In this document: positions 1-15,000 of the stretch, piece after piece
Layout: every line of letters starts with the position of its first letter
How positions within the stretch are numbered: position 1 is the first letter of the stretch
DNA from: Auanema rhodensis
Taxonomy: Eukaryota > Animalia > Nematoda
Assembly: GCA_964057225.1 (NCBI GenBank)
Contig: OZ059900.1
Coordinates: 2,542,001 to 2,606,000 of the forward strand
Length of the DNA stretch: 64,000 nucleotides
Direction of reading: 5' to 3'
Program-made: the position numbers and the translations under genes
Notes under the pieces: model-generated
Told to the model about the DNA's origin: nothing
Database searches by the model: none
Seen by the model: only the letters and a program-made list of their open reading frames with translations

Positions 1-3000
1 TAATGATGTTTAAATCACTAAATTTCGCTCTAATAGCATTACTACACTAAGTATGGTCGTTTTTATACCTTCAACACCATATACTCACCGATTTTTGGTA
101 CAAAATCTGTGATACTCGTAAATTTTGATCATATTCGTTAAGATTTGAGAATCAAACACACAATACACAATATCAGTCTATTTTTATGAGCTTGCACTGA
201 TATATATTCATTTTGATCAAAAAAGGTCGAAAACAGAAAGAATTTTTGAAATTTCCGAGTTTTGAATCTAATTTGGCTAAATCGCTCATTTATATGATCA
301 AAAGCATAGTTTTATTGTCTATGACAACAAAAGTCATCAATTAAACGCTAGTGATGTTTAAATACTGAATTTCGCTCAAATAGCATTACTACACTAAGTA
401 TGGTCGTTTTTATGCCTTTAACACCATATACTCACCGATTTTTGGTACAAAATCTGTAATACTTGTAAATTTTGATCATATTCGTTAAGATTTGAGAATC
501 AAACACATAATACACGAAATAAGTCTTTTTTTACAAGTTTGCACTGATATTTATTCATTTTGATCAAAAAAGGTCGAAAATAGAAAGAATTTTTGAAATT
601 TCCGAGTTTTGAGTCCAATTTGGCTAAATCGCTCATATATATGATCAGAAGCATAGTTCTATTGTCTATAACAACAAAAGTCTTTAATTAAACGCTAGTG
701 ATGTTTAAATACTGATTTTCGCTCAAATAGCATTACTACACTAAGTATGGTCGTTTTTATGCCTTTAACACCATATACTCACCGATTTTTGGTACAAAAT
801 CTGTAATACTTGTAAATTTTGATCATATTCGTTAAGATTCGAGAATCAAACACATAATACACGAAATAAGTCTAGTTTTATGAGTTTGCACTGATATTTA
901 TTCATTTTGATCAAAAAAGGTCGAAAATAGAAAGAATTTTTGAATTTTCCGAGTTTTGAGTCCAATTGGGCTAAATCGCTCATATATATGATCAAAAGCA
1001 TAGTTTTACTGTCTATGATAACAAAAGTCTTCAAATATACACTAATAATGTGTAAATCACTGAATTTCACTCAAATAGCATTACTACACTAAGTATGGTC
1101 GTTTTTATGCCTTTAACACCATATACTCACCGATTTTTGGTACAAAATCTGTAATACTTGTAAATTTTGATCATATTCGTTAAGATTCGAGAATCAAACA
1201 CATAATACACGAAATAAGTCTATTTTTATGAGTTTGCACTGATATTTATTCATTTTGATCAAAAAAGGTCGAAAATAGAAAGAATTTTTGAAATTTCCGA
1301 GTTTTGAGTCTAATTTGGCTAAATCGCTCATATATATGATCAGAAGCATAGTTTTATTGTCTATGACAACAAAAATCATCAATTAAACGCTAGTGATGTT
1401 TAAATCACTGAATTTCACTCAAATAGCATTACTACACTAAGTATGGTCGTTTTTATGCCTTTAACACCATATACTCACCGATTTTTGGTACAAAATCTGT
1501 AATACTTGTAAATTTTGATCATATTCGTTAAGATTTGAGAATCAAACACATAATACACGAAATAAGTCTTTTTTTACAAGTTTGCACTGATATTTATTCA
1601 TTTTGATCAAAAAAGGTCGAAAATAGAAAGAATTTTTGAAATTTCCGAGTTTTGAGTCTAATTTGGCTAAATCGCTCATATATATGATCAAAAGCATAGT
1701 TTCACTGTCTATGATAACAAAAGTCTTCAAATATACACTAGTAATGATTAAATCACTGAATTTCACTCAAATAGCATTACTACACTAAGTATGGTCGTTT
1801 TTATGCCTTTAACACCATATACTCACCGATTTTTGGTACAAAATCTGTAATACTTGTAAATTTTGATCATATTCGTTAAGATTTGAGAATCAAACACATA
1901 ATACACGAAATAAGTCTTTTTTTACGAGTTTGCACTGATATTTATTCATTTTGATCAAAAAAGGTCGAAAATAGAAAGAATTTTTGAAATTTCCGAGTTT
2001 TGAGTCTAATTTGGCTAAATCGCTCATATATATGATCAAAAGCATAGTTCTATTGTCTATAACAACAAAAGTCTTTGATTAAACGCTAGTGATGTTTTAG
2101 TACTGAATTTTGCTCAAATAGCATTACTACACTAAGTATGGTCGTTTTTATGCCTTTAACACCATATACTCACCGATTTTTGGTACAAAATCTGTAATAC
2201 TCGTAAATTTTGATCATATTCGTTAAGATTTGAGAATCAAACATACAATACACGAAATAAGTCTATTTTTACAAGTTTGCACTGATATTTATTCATTTTG
2301 ATCAAAAAAGGTCGAAAATAGAAAGAATTTTTGAAATTTCCGAGTTTTGAGTCTAATTTGGCTAAATCGCTCATATATATGATCAGAAGCATAGGTGTAT
2401 TGTCTATGACAACAAAAGTCATTAATTAAACACTAATGATGTTTAAATCACTAAATTTCGCTCTAATAGCATTACTACACTAAGTATGGTCGTTTTTATA
2501 CCTTCAACACCATATACTCACCGATTTTTGGTACAAAATCTGTGATACTCGTAAATTTTGATCATATTCGTTAAGATTTGAGAATCAAACACACAATACA
2601 CAATATCAGTCTATTTTTATGAGCTTGCACTGATATATATTCATTTTGATCAAAAAAGGTCGAAAACAGAAAGAATTTTTGAAATTTCCGAGTTTTGAAT
2701 CTAATTTGGCTAAATCGCTCATTTATATGATCAAAAGCATAGTTTTATTGTCTATGACAACAAAAGTCATCAATTAAACGCTAGTGATGTTTAAATACTG
2801 AATTTCGCTCAAATAGCATTACTACACTAAGTATGGTCGTTTTTATGCCTTTAACACCATATACTCACCGATTTTTGGTACAAAATCTGTAATACTTGTA
2901 AATTTTGATCATATTCGTTAAGATTTGAGAATCAAACACATAATACACGAAATAAGTCTTTTTTTATGAGCTTGCACTGATATATATTCATTTTGATCAA

Positions 3001-6000
3001 AAAAAGTCGAAAACAGAAAGAATTTTTGAAATTTCCGAGTTTTGAATCTAATTTGGCTAAATCGCTCATTTATATGATCAAAAGCATAGTTTTATTGTCT
3101 ATGACAACAAAAGTCATCAATTAAACGCTAGTGATGTTTAAATACTGATTTTCGCTCAAATAGCATTACTACACTAAGTATGGTCGTTTTTATGCCTTTA
3201 ACACCATATACTCACCGATTTTTGGTACAAAATCTGTAATACTTGTAAATTTTGATCATATTCGTTAAGATTTGAGAATCAAACACATAATACACGAAAT
3301 AAGTCTTTTTTTACGAGTTTGCACTGATATTTATTCATTTTGATCAAAAAAGGTCGAAAATAGAAAGAATTTTTGAAATTTCCGAGTTTTGAGTCTAATT
3401 TGGCTAAATCGCTCATATATATGATCAGAAGCATAGGTGTATTGTCTATGACAACAAAAGTCATTAATTAAACACTAATGATGTTTAAATCACTAAATTT
3501 CGCTCTAATAGCATTACTACACTAAGTATGGTCGTTTTTATACCTTCAACACCATATACTCACCGATTTTTGGTACAAAATCTGTGATACTCGTAAATTT
3601 TGATCATATTCGTTAAGATTTGAGAATCAAACACACAATACACAATATCAGTCTATTTTTATGAGCTTGCACTGATATATATTCATTTTGATCAAAAAAG
3701 GTCGAAAACAGAAAGAATTTTTGAAATTTCCGAGTTTTGAGTCTAATTTGGCTAAATCGCTCATATATATGATCAGAAGCATAGGTGTATTGTCTATGAC
3801 AACAAAAGTCATTAATTAAACACTAATGATGTTTAAATCACTAAATTTCGCTCTAATAGCATTACTACACTAAGTATGGTCGTTTTTATACCTTCAACAC
3901 CATATACTCACCGATTTTTGGTACAAAATCTGTGATACTCGTAAATTTTGATCATATTCGTTAAGATTTGAGAATCAAACACACAATACACAATATCAGT
4001 CTATTTTTATGAGCTTGCACTGATATATATTCATTTTGATCAAAAAAGGTCGAAAACAGAAAGAATTTTTGAAATTTCCGAGTTTTGAATCTAATTTGGC
4101 TAAATCGCTCATTTATATGATCAAAAGCATAGTTTTATTGTCTATGACAACAAAAGTCATCAATTAAACGCTAGTGATGTTTAAATACTGAATTTCGCTC
4201 AAATAGCATTACTACACTAAGTATGGTCGTTTTTATGCCTTTAACACCATATACTCACCGATTTTTGGTACAAAATCTGTAATACTTGTAAATTTTGATC
4301 ATATTCGTTAAGATTTGAGAATCAAACACATAATACACGAAATAAGTCTTTTTTTACAAGTTTGCACTGATATTTATTCATTTTGATCAAAAAAGGTCGA
4401 AAATAGAAAGAATTTTTGAAATTTCCGAGTTTTGAGTCCAATTTGGCTAAATCGCTCATATATATGATCAGAAGCATAGTTCTATTGTCTATAACAACAA
4501 AAGTCTTTAATTAAACGCTAGTGATGTTTAAATACTGATTTTCGCTCAAATAGCATTACTACACTAAGTATGGTCGTTTTTATGCCTTTAACACCATATA
4601 CTCACCGATTTTTGGTACAAAATCTGTAATACTTGTAAATTTTGATCATATTCGTTAAGATTCGAGAATCAAACACATAATACACGAAATTAGTCTAGTT
4701 TTATGAGTTTGCACTGATATTTATTCATTTTGATCAAAAAAGGTCGAAAATAGAAAGAATTTTTGAATTTTCCGAGTTTTGAGTCCAATTGGGCTAAATC
4801 GCTCATATATATGATCAAAAGCATAGTTTTACTGTCTATGATAACAAAAGTCTTCAAATATACACTAATAATGTGTAAATCACTGAATTTCACTCAAATA
4901 GCATTACTACACTAAGTATGGTCGTTTTTATGCCTTTAACACCATATACTCACCGATTTTTGGTACAAAATCTGTAATACTTGTAAATTTTGATCATATT
5001 CGTTAAGATTCGAGAATCAAACACATAATACACGAAATAAGTCTATTTTTATGAGTTTGCACTGATATTTATTCATTTTGATCAAAAAAGGTCGAAAATA
5101 GAAAGAATTTTTGAAATTTCCGAGTTTTGAGTCTAATTTGGCTAAATCGCTCATATATATGATCAGAAGCATAGTTTTATTGTCTATGACAACAAAAATC
5201 ATCAATTAAACGCTAGTGATGTTTAAATACTGATTTTCGCTCAAATAGCATTACTACACTAAGTATGGTCGTTTTTATGCCTTTAACACCATATCCTCAC
5301 CGATTTTTGGTACAAAATCTGTAATACTCGTAAATTTTGATCATATTCGTTAAGATTTGAGAATCAAACATACAATACACAAAATCAGTCTATTTTTATG
5401 AGCTTGCACTGATATATATTCATTTTGATCAAAAAAGGTCGAAAATAGAAAGAATTTTTGAAATTTCCGAGTTTTGAGTCTAATTTGGCTAAATCGCTCA
5501 TATATATGATCAGAAGCATAGGTGTATTGTCTATGACAACAAAAGTCATCAATTAAACGCTAGTGATGTTTTAATACTGAATTTCGCTCAAATAGCATTA
5601 CTACACTAAGTATGGTCGTTTTTATGCCTTTAACACCATATACTCACCGATTTTTGGTACAAAATCTGTAATACTCGTAAATTTTGATCATATTCGTTAA
5701 GATTTGAGAATCAAACATACAATACACAAAATCAGTCTATTTTTATGAGCTTGCACTGATATATATTCATTTTGATCAAAAAAGGTCGAAAATAGAAAGA
5801 ATTTTTGAAATTTCCGAGTTTTGAGTCTAATTTGGCTAAATCGCTCATATATATGATCAAAAACATAGTTTTACTGTCTATGATAACAAAAGTCTTCAAA
5901 TATACACTAATAATGATTAAATCACTGAATTTCAGTCATATAGCATTACTACACTAAGTATGGTCGTTTTTATGCCTTTAACACCATATACTCACCGATT

Positions 6001-9000
6001 TTTGGTACAAAATCTGTAATACTCGTAAATTTTGATCATATTCGTTAAGATTTGAGAATCGAACACACAATACACAAAATCAGTCTATTTTTATGAGCTT
6101 GCACTGATATATATTCATTTTGATCAAAAAAGGTCGAAAATAGAAAGAATTTTTGAAATTTCCGAGTTTTGAGTCTAATTTGGCTAAATCGCTCATATAT
6201 ATGATCAGAAGCATAGGTGTATTGTCTATGATAACAAAAGTCTTCAAATATACACTAATAATGATTAAATCACTGAATTTCAGTCAAATAGCATTACTAC
6301 ACTAAGTATGGTCGTTTTTATGCCTTTAACACCATATACTCACCGATTTTTGGTACAAAATCTGTAATACTTGTAAATTTTGATCATATTCGTTAAGATT
6401 CGAGAATCAAACACATAATACACGAAATAAGTCTAGTTTTATGAGTTTGCACTGATATTTATTCATTTTGATCAAAAAAGGTCGAAAATAGAAAGAATTT
6501 TTGAATTTTCCGAGTTTTGAGTCCAATTGGGCTAAATCGCTCATATATATGATCAAAAGCATAGTTTTACTGTCTATGATAACAAAAGTCTTCAAATATA
6601 CACTAATAATGTGTAAATCACTGAATTTCACTCAAATAGCATTACTACACTAAGTATGGTCGTTTTTATGCCTTTAACACCATATACTCACCGATTTTTG
6701 GTACAAAATCTGTAATACTTGTAAATTTTGATCATATTCGTTAAGATTTGAGAATCAAACACACAATACACAAAATCAGTCTATTTTTATGAGTTTGCAC
6801 TGATATTTATTCATTTTGATCAAAAAAGGTCGAAAATAGAAAGAATTTTTGAAATTTCCGAGTTTTGAGTCTAATTTGGCTAAATCGCTCATATATATGA
6901 TCAGAAGCATAGTTTTATTGTCTATGACAACAAAAATCATCAATTAAACGCTAGTGATGTTTAAATACTGATTTTCGCTCAAATAGCATTACTACACTAA
7001 GTATGGTCGTTTTTATGCCTTTAACACCATATACTCACCGATTTTTGGTACAAAATCTGTAATACTCGTAAATTTTGATCATATTCGTTAAGATTTGAGA
7101 ATCAAACATACAATACACAAAATCAGTCTATTTTTATGAGCTTGCACTGATATATATTCATTTTGATCAAAAAAGGTCGAAAATAGAAAGAATTTTTGAA
7201 ATTTCCGAGTTTTGAGTCTAATTTGGCTAAATCGCTCATATATATGATCAGAAGCATAGGTGTATTGTCTATGACAACAAAAGTCATTAATTAAACACTA
7301 ATGATGTTTAAATCACTAAATTTCGCTCTAATAGCATTACTACACTAAGTATGGTCGTTTTTATGCCTTTAACACCATATACTCACCGATTTTTGGTACA
7401 AAATCTGTAATACTCGTAAATTTTGATCATATTCGTTAAGATTTGAGAATCAAACACACAATACACAAAATCAGTCTATTTTTATGAGCTTGCACTGATA
7501 TATATTCATTTTGATCAAAAAAGGTCGAAAATAGAAAGAATTTTTGAAATTTCCGAGTTTTGAGTCTAATTTGGCTAAATCGCTCATATATATGATCAGA
7601 AGCATAGGTGTATTGTCTATGACAACAAAAGTCATCAATTAAACGCTAGTGATGTTTTAATACTGAATTTCGCTCAAATAGCATTACTACACTAAGTATG
7701 GTCGTTTTTATGCCTTTAACACCATATACTCACCGATTTTTGGTACAAAATCTGTAATACTCGTAAATTTTGATCATATTCGTTAAGATTTGAGAATCAA
7801 ACATACAATACACAAAATCAGTCTATTTTTATGAGCTTGCACTGATATATATTCATTTTGATCAAAAAAGGTCGAAAATAGAAAGAATTTTTGAAATTTC
7901 CGAGTTTTGAGTCTAATTTGGCTAAATCGCTCATATATATGATCAAAAACATAGTTTTACTGTCTATGATAACAAAAGTCTTCAAATATACACTAATAAT
8001 GATTAAATCACTGAATTTCAGTCATATAGCATTACTACACTAAGTATGGTCGTTTTTATGCCTTTAACACCATATACTCACCGATTTTTGGTACAAAATC
8101 TGTAATACTCGTAAATTTTGATCATATTCGTTAAGATTTGAGAATCAAACACACAATACACAAAATCAGTCTATTTTTATGAGCTTGCACTGATATATAT
8201 TCATTTTGATCAAAAAAGGTCGAAAATAGAAAGAATTTTTGAAATTTCCGAGTTTTGAGTCTAATTTGGCTAAATCGCTCATATATATGATCAGAAGCAT
8301 AGGTGTATTGTCTATGATAACAAAAGTCTTCAAATATACACTAATAATGATTAAATCACTGAATTTCAGTCAAATAGCATTACTACACTAAGTATGGTCG
8401 TTTTTATGCCTTTAACACCATATACTCACCGATTTTTGGTACAAAATCTGTAATACTTGTAAATTTTGATCATATTCGTTAAGATTCGAAAATCAAACAC
8501 ATAATACACGAAATAAGTCTAGTTTTATGAGTTTGCACTGATATTTATTCATTTTGATCAAAAAAGGTCGAAAATAGAAAGAATTTTTGAATTTTCCGAG
8601 TTTTGAGTCCAATTGGGCTAAATCGCTCATATATATGATCAAAAGCATAGTTTTACTGTCTATGATAACAAAAGTCTTCAAATATACACTAATAATGTGT
8701 AAATCACTGAATTTCACTCAAATAGCATTACTACACTAAGTATGGTCGTTTTTATGCCTTTAACACCATATACTCACCGATTTTTGGTACAAAATCTGTA
8801 ATACTTGTAAATTTTTATCATATTCGTTAAGATTTGAGAATCAAACACACAATACACAAAATCAGTCTATTTTTATGAGCTTGCACTGATATATATTCAT
8901 TTTGATCAAAAAAGGTCGAAAATAGAAAGAATTTTTGAAATTTCCGAGTTTTGAGTCTAATTTGGCTAAATCGCTCATATATATGATCAGAAGCATAGGT

Positions 9001-12000
9001 GTATTGTCTATGACAACAAAAGTCATCAATTAAACGCTAGTGATGTTTTAATACTGAATTTCGCTCAAATAGCATTACTACACTAAGTATGGTCGTTTTT
9101 ATGCCTTTAACACCATATACTCACCGATTTTTGGTACAAAATCTGTAATACTCGTACATTTTGATCATATTCGTTAAGATTTGAGAATCAAACATACAAT
9201 ACACGAAATAAGTCTATTTTTATGAGTTTGCACTGATATATATTCATTTTGATCAAAAAAGGTCGAAAATAGAAAGAATTTTTGAAATTTCCGAGTTTTG
9301 AGTCTAATTTGGCTAAATCGCTCATATATATGATCAAAAACATAGTTTTACTGTCTATGATAACAAAAGTCTTCAAATATACACTAATAATGATTAAATC
9401 ACTGAATTTCAGTCAAATAGCATTACTACACTAAGTATGGTCGTTTTTATGCCTTTAACACCATATACTCACCGATTTTTGGTACAAAATCTGTAATACT
9501 TGTAAATTTTGATCATATTCGTTAAGATTCGAGAATCAAACACATAATACACGAAATAAGTCTATTTTTATGAGTTTGCACTGATATTTATTCATTTTGA
9601 TCAAAAAAGGTCGAAAATAGAAAGAATTTTTGAAATTTCCGAGTTTTGAGTCTAATTTGGCTAAATCGCTCATATATATGATCAGAAGCATAGGTGTATT
9701 GTCTATGATAACAAAAGTCTTCAAATATACACTAATAATGATTAAATCACTGAATTTCAGTCAAATAGCATTACTACACTAAGTATGGTCGTTTTTATGC
9801 CTTTAAAACCATATACTCACCGATTTTTGGTACAAAAACTGTAATACTTGTAAATTTTGATCATATTCGTTAAGATTCGAGAATCAAACACATAATACAC
9901 AAAATCAGTCTATTTTTATGAGTTTGCACTGATATTTATTCATTTTGATCAAAAAAGGTCGAAAATAGAAAAAATTTTTGAATTTTCCGAGTTTTGAGTC
10001 CAATTGGGCTAAATCGCTCATATATATGATCAAAAGCATAGTTTTACTGTCTATGATAACAAAAGTCTTCAAATATACACTAATAATGTGTAAATCACTG
10101 AATTTCACTCAAATAGCATTACTACACTAAGTATGGTCGTTTTTATGCCTTTAACACCATATACTCACCGATTTTTGGTACAAAATCTGTAATACTCGTA
10201 AATTTTGATCATATTCGTTAAGATTTGAGAATCAAACATACAATACACAAAATCAGTCTATTTTTATGAGCTTGCACTGATATATATTCATTTTGATCAA
10301 AAAAGGTCGAAAATAGAAAGAATTTTTGAAATTTCCGAGTTTTGAGTCTAATTTGGCTAAATCGCTCATATATATGATCAAAAACATAGTTTTACTGTCT
10401 ATGATAACAAAAGTCTTCAAATATACACTAATAATGATTAAATCACTGAATTTCAGTCATATAGCATTACTACACTAAGTATGGTCGTTTTTATGCCTTT
10501 AACACCATATACTCACCGATTTTTGGTACAAAATCTGTAATACTCGTAAATTTTGATCATATTCGTTAAGATTTGAGAATCAAACACACAATACACAAAA
10601 TCAGTCTATTTTTATGAGTTTGCACTGATATTTATTCATTTTGATCAAAAAAGGTCGAAAATAGAAAGAATTTTTGAAATTTCCGAGTTTTGAGTCTAAT
10701 TTGGCTAAATCGCTCATATATATGATCAGAAGCATAGTTTTATTGTCTATGACAACAAAAATCATCAATTAAACGCTAGTGATGTTTAAATACTGATTTT
10801 CGCTCAAATAGCATTACTACACTAAGTATGGTCGTTTTTATGCCTTTAACACCATATACTCACCGATTTTTGGTACAAAATCTGTAATACTCGTACATTT
10901 TGATCATATTCGTTAAGATTTGAGAATCAAACATACAATACACAAAATCAGTCTATTTTTATGAGCTTGCACTGATATATATTCATTTTGATCAAAAAAG
11001 GTCGAAAATAGAAAGAATTTTTGAAATTTCCGAGTTTTGAGTCTAATTTGGCTAAATCGCTCATATATATGATCAGAAGCATAGGTGTATTGTCTATGAC
11101 AACAAAAGTCATTAATTAAACACTAATGATGTTTAAATCACTAAATTTCGCTCTAATAGCATTACTACACTAAGTATGGTCGTTTTTATGCCTTTAACAC
11201 CATATACTCACCGATTTTTGGTACAAAATCTGTAATACTCGTAAATTTTGATCATATTCGTTAAGATTTGAGAATCAAACACACAATACACAAAATCAGT
11301 CTATTTTTATGAGCTTGCACTGATATATATTCATTTTGATCAAAAAAGGTCGAAAATAGAAAGAATTTTTGAAATTTCCGAGTTTTGAGTCTAATTTGGC
11401 TAAATCGCTCATATATATGATCAGAAGCATAGGTGTATTGTCTATGACAACAAAAGTCATCAATTAAACGCTAGTGATGTTTTAATACTGAATTTCGCTC
11501 AAATAGCATTACTACACTAAGTATGGTCGTTTTTATGCCTTTAACACCATATACTCACCGATTTTTGGTACAAAATCTGTAATACTCGTAAATTTTGATC
11601 ATATTCGTTAAGATTTGAGAATCAAACATACAATACACAAAATCAGTCTATTTTTATGAGCTTGCACTGATATATATTCATTTTGATCAAAAAAGGTCGA
11701 AAATAGAAAGAATTTTTGAAATTTCCGAGTTTTGAGTCTAATTTGGCTAAATCGCTCATATATATGATCAAAAACATAGTTTTACTGTCTATGATAACAA
11801 AAGTCTTCAAATATACACTAATAATGATTAAATCACTGAATTTCAGTCATATAGCATTACTACACTAAGTATGGTCGTTTTTATGCCTTTAACACCATAT
11901 ACTCACCGATTTTTGGTACAAAATCTGTAATACTCGTAAATTTTGATCATATTCGTTAAGATTTGAGAATCAAACACACAATACACAAAATCAGTCTATT

Positions 12001-15000
12001 TTTATGAGCTTGCACTGATATATATTCATTTTGATCAAAAAAGGTCGAAAATAGAAAGAATTTTTGAAATTTCCGAGTTTTGAGTCTAATTTGGCTAAAT
12101 CGCTCATATATATGATCAGAAGCATAGGTGTATTGTCTATGATAACAAAAGTCTTCAAATATACACTAATAATGATTAAATCACTGAATTTCAGTCAAAT
12201 AGCATTACTACACTAAGTATGGTCGTTTTTATGCCTTTAACACCATATACTCACCGATTTTTGGTACAAAATCTGTAATACTTGTAAATTTTGATCATAT
12301 TCGTTAAGATTCGAAAATCAAACACATAATACACGAAATAAGTCTAGTTTTATGAGTTTGCACTGATATTTATTCATTTTGATCAAAAAAGGTCGAAAAT
12401 AGAAAGAATTTTTGAATTTTCCGAGTTTTGAGTCCAATTGGGCTAAATCGCTCATATATATGATCAAAAGCATAGTTTTACTGTCTATGATAACAAAAGT
12501 CTTCAAATATACACTAATAATGTGTAAATCACTGAATTTCACTCAAATAGCATTACTACACTAAGTATGGTCGTTTTTATGCCTTTAACACCATATACTC
12601 ACCGATTTTTGGTACAAAATCTGTAATACTTGTAAATTTTGATCATATTCGTTAAGATTTGAGAATCAAACACACAATACACAAAATCAGTCTATTTTTA
12701 TGAGTTTGCACTGATATTTATTCATTTTGATCAAAAAAGGTCGAAAATAGAAAGAATTTTTGAAATTTCCGAGTTTTGAGTCTAATTTGGCTAAATCGCT
12801 CATATATATGATCAGAAGCATAGTTTTATTGTCTATGACAACAAAAATCATCAATTAAACGCTAGTGATGTTTAAATACTGATTTTCGCTCAAATAGCAT
12901 TACTACACTAAGTATGGTCGTTTTTATGCCTTTAACACCATATACTCACCGATTTTTGGTACAAAATCTGTAATACTCGTAAATTTTGATCATATTCGTT
13001 AAGATTTGAGAATCAAACATACAATACACAAAATCAGTCTATTTTTATGAGCTTGCACTGATATATATTCATTTTGATCAAAAAAGGTCGAAAATAGAAA
13101 GAATTTTTGAAATTTCCGAGTTTTGAGTCTAATTTGGCTAAATCGCTCATATATATGATCAGAAGCATAGTTGTATTGTCTATGACAACAAAAGTCATCA
13201 ATTAAACGCTAGTGATGTTTTAATACTGAATTTCGCTCAAATAGCATTACTACACTAAGTATGGTCGTTTTTATGCCTTTAACACCATATACTCACCGAT
13301 TTTTGGTACAAAATCTGTAATACTCGTACATTTTGATCATATTCGTTAAGATTTGAGAATCAAACATACAATACACGAAATAAGTCTATTTTTATGAGTT
13401 TGCACTGATATATATTCATTTTGATCAAAAAAGGTCGAAAATAGAAAGAATTTTTGAAATTTCCGAGTTTTGAGTCTAATTTGGCTAAATCGCTCATATA
13501 TATGATCAAAAACATAGTTTTACTGTCTATGATAACAAAAGTCTTCAAATATACACTAATAATGATTAAATCACTGAATTTCAGTCAAATAGCATTACTA
13601 CACTAAGTATGGTCGTTTTTATGCCTTTAACACCATATACTCACCGATTTTTGGTACAAAATCTGTAATACTTGTAAATTTTGATCATATTCGTTAAGAT
13701 TCGAGAATCAAACACATAATACACGAAATAAGTCTATTTTTATGAGTTTGCACTGATATTTATTCATTTTGATCAAAAAAGGTCGAAAATAGAAAGAATT
13801 TTTGAAATTTCCGAGTTTTGAGTCTAATTTGGCTAAATCGCTCATATATATGATCAGAAGCATAGGTGTATTGTCTATGATAACAAAAGTCTTCAAATAT
13901 ACACTAATAATGATTAAATCACTGAATTTCAGTCATATAGCATTACTACACTAAGTATGGTCGTTTTTATGCCTTTAACACCATATACTCACCGATTTTT
14001 GGTACAAAATCTGTAATACTCGTAAATTTTGATCATATTCGTTAAGATTTGAGAATCAAACACACAATACACAAAATCAGTCTATTTTTATGAGCTTGCA
14101 CTGATATATATTCATTTTGATCAAAAAAGGTCGAAAATAGAAAGAATTTTTGAAATTTCCGAGTTTTGAGTCTAATTTGGCTAAATTGCTCATATATATG
14201 ATCAGAAGCATAGGTGTATTGTCTATGATAACAAAAGTCTTCAAATATACACTAATAATGATTAAATCACTGAATTTCAGTCAAATAGCATTACTACACT
14301 AAGTATGGTCGTTTTTATGCCTTTAACACCATATACTCACCGATTTTTGGTACAAAATCTGTAATACTTGTAAATTTTGATCATATTCGTTAAGATTCGA
14401 AAATCAAACACATAATACACGAAATAAGTCTAGTTTTATGAGTTTGCACTGATATTTATTCATTTTGATCAAAAAAGGTCGAAAATAGAAAGAATTTTTG
14501 AATTTTCCGAGTTTTGAGTCTAATTTGGCTAAATCGCTCATATATATGATCAGAAGCATAGTTTTATTGTCTATGACAACAAAAATCATCAATTAAACGC
14601 TAGTGATGTTTAAATACTGATTTTCGCTCAAATAGCATTACTACACTAAGTATGGTCGTTTTTATGCCTTTAACACCATATACTCACCGATTTTTGGTAC
14701 AAAATCTGTAATACTCGTAAATTTTGATCATATTCGTTAAGATTTGAGAATCAAACATACAATACACAAAATCAGTCTATTTTTATGAGCTTGCACTGAT
14801 ATATATTCATTTTGATCAAAAAAGGTCGAAAATAGAAAGAATTTTTGAAATTTCCGAGTTTTGAGTCTAATTTGGCTAAATCGCTCATATATATGATCAG
14901 AAGCATAGTTGTATTGTCTATGACAACAAAAGTCATCAATTAAACGCTAGTGATGTTTTAATACTGAATTTCGCTCAAATAGCATTACTACACTAAGTAT

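Noticed and set aside
826-845. ATTCGTTAAGATTCGAGA resembles a CENP-B box (TTCG-N4-A-N2-CGGG)
   Set aside because: The spacing is one base too long, it has CGAG instead of CGGG, and both CpGs are polymorphic.
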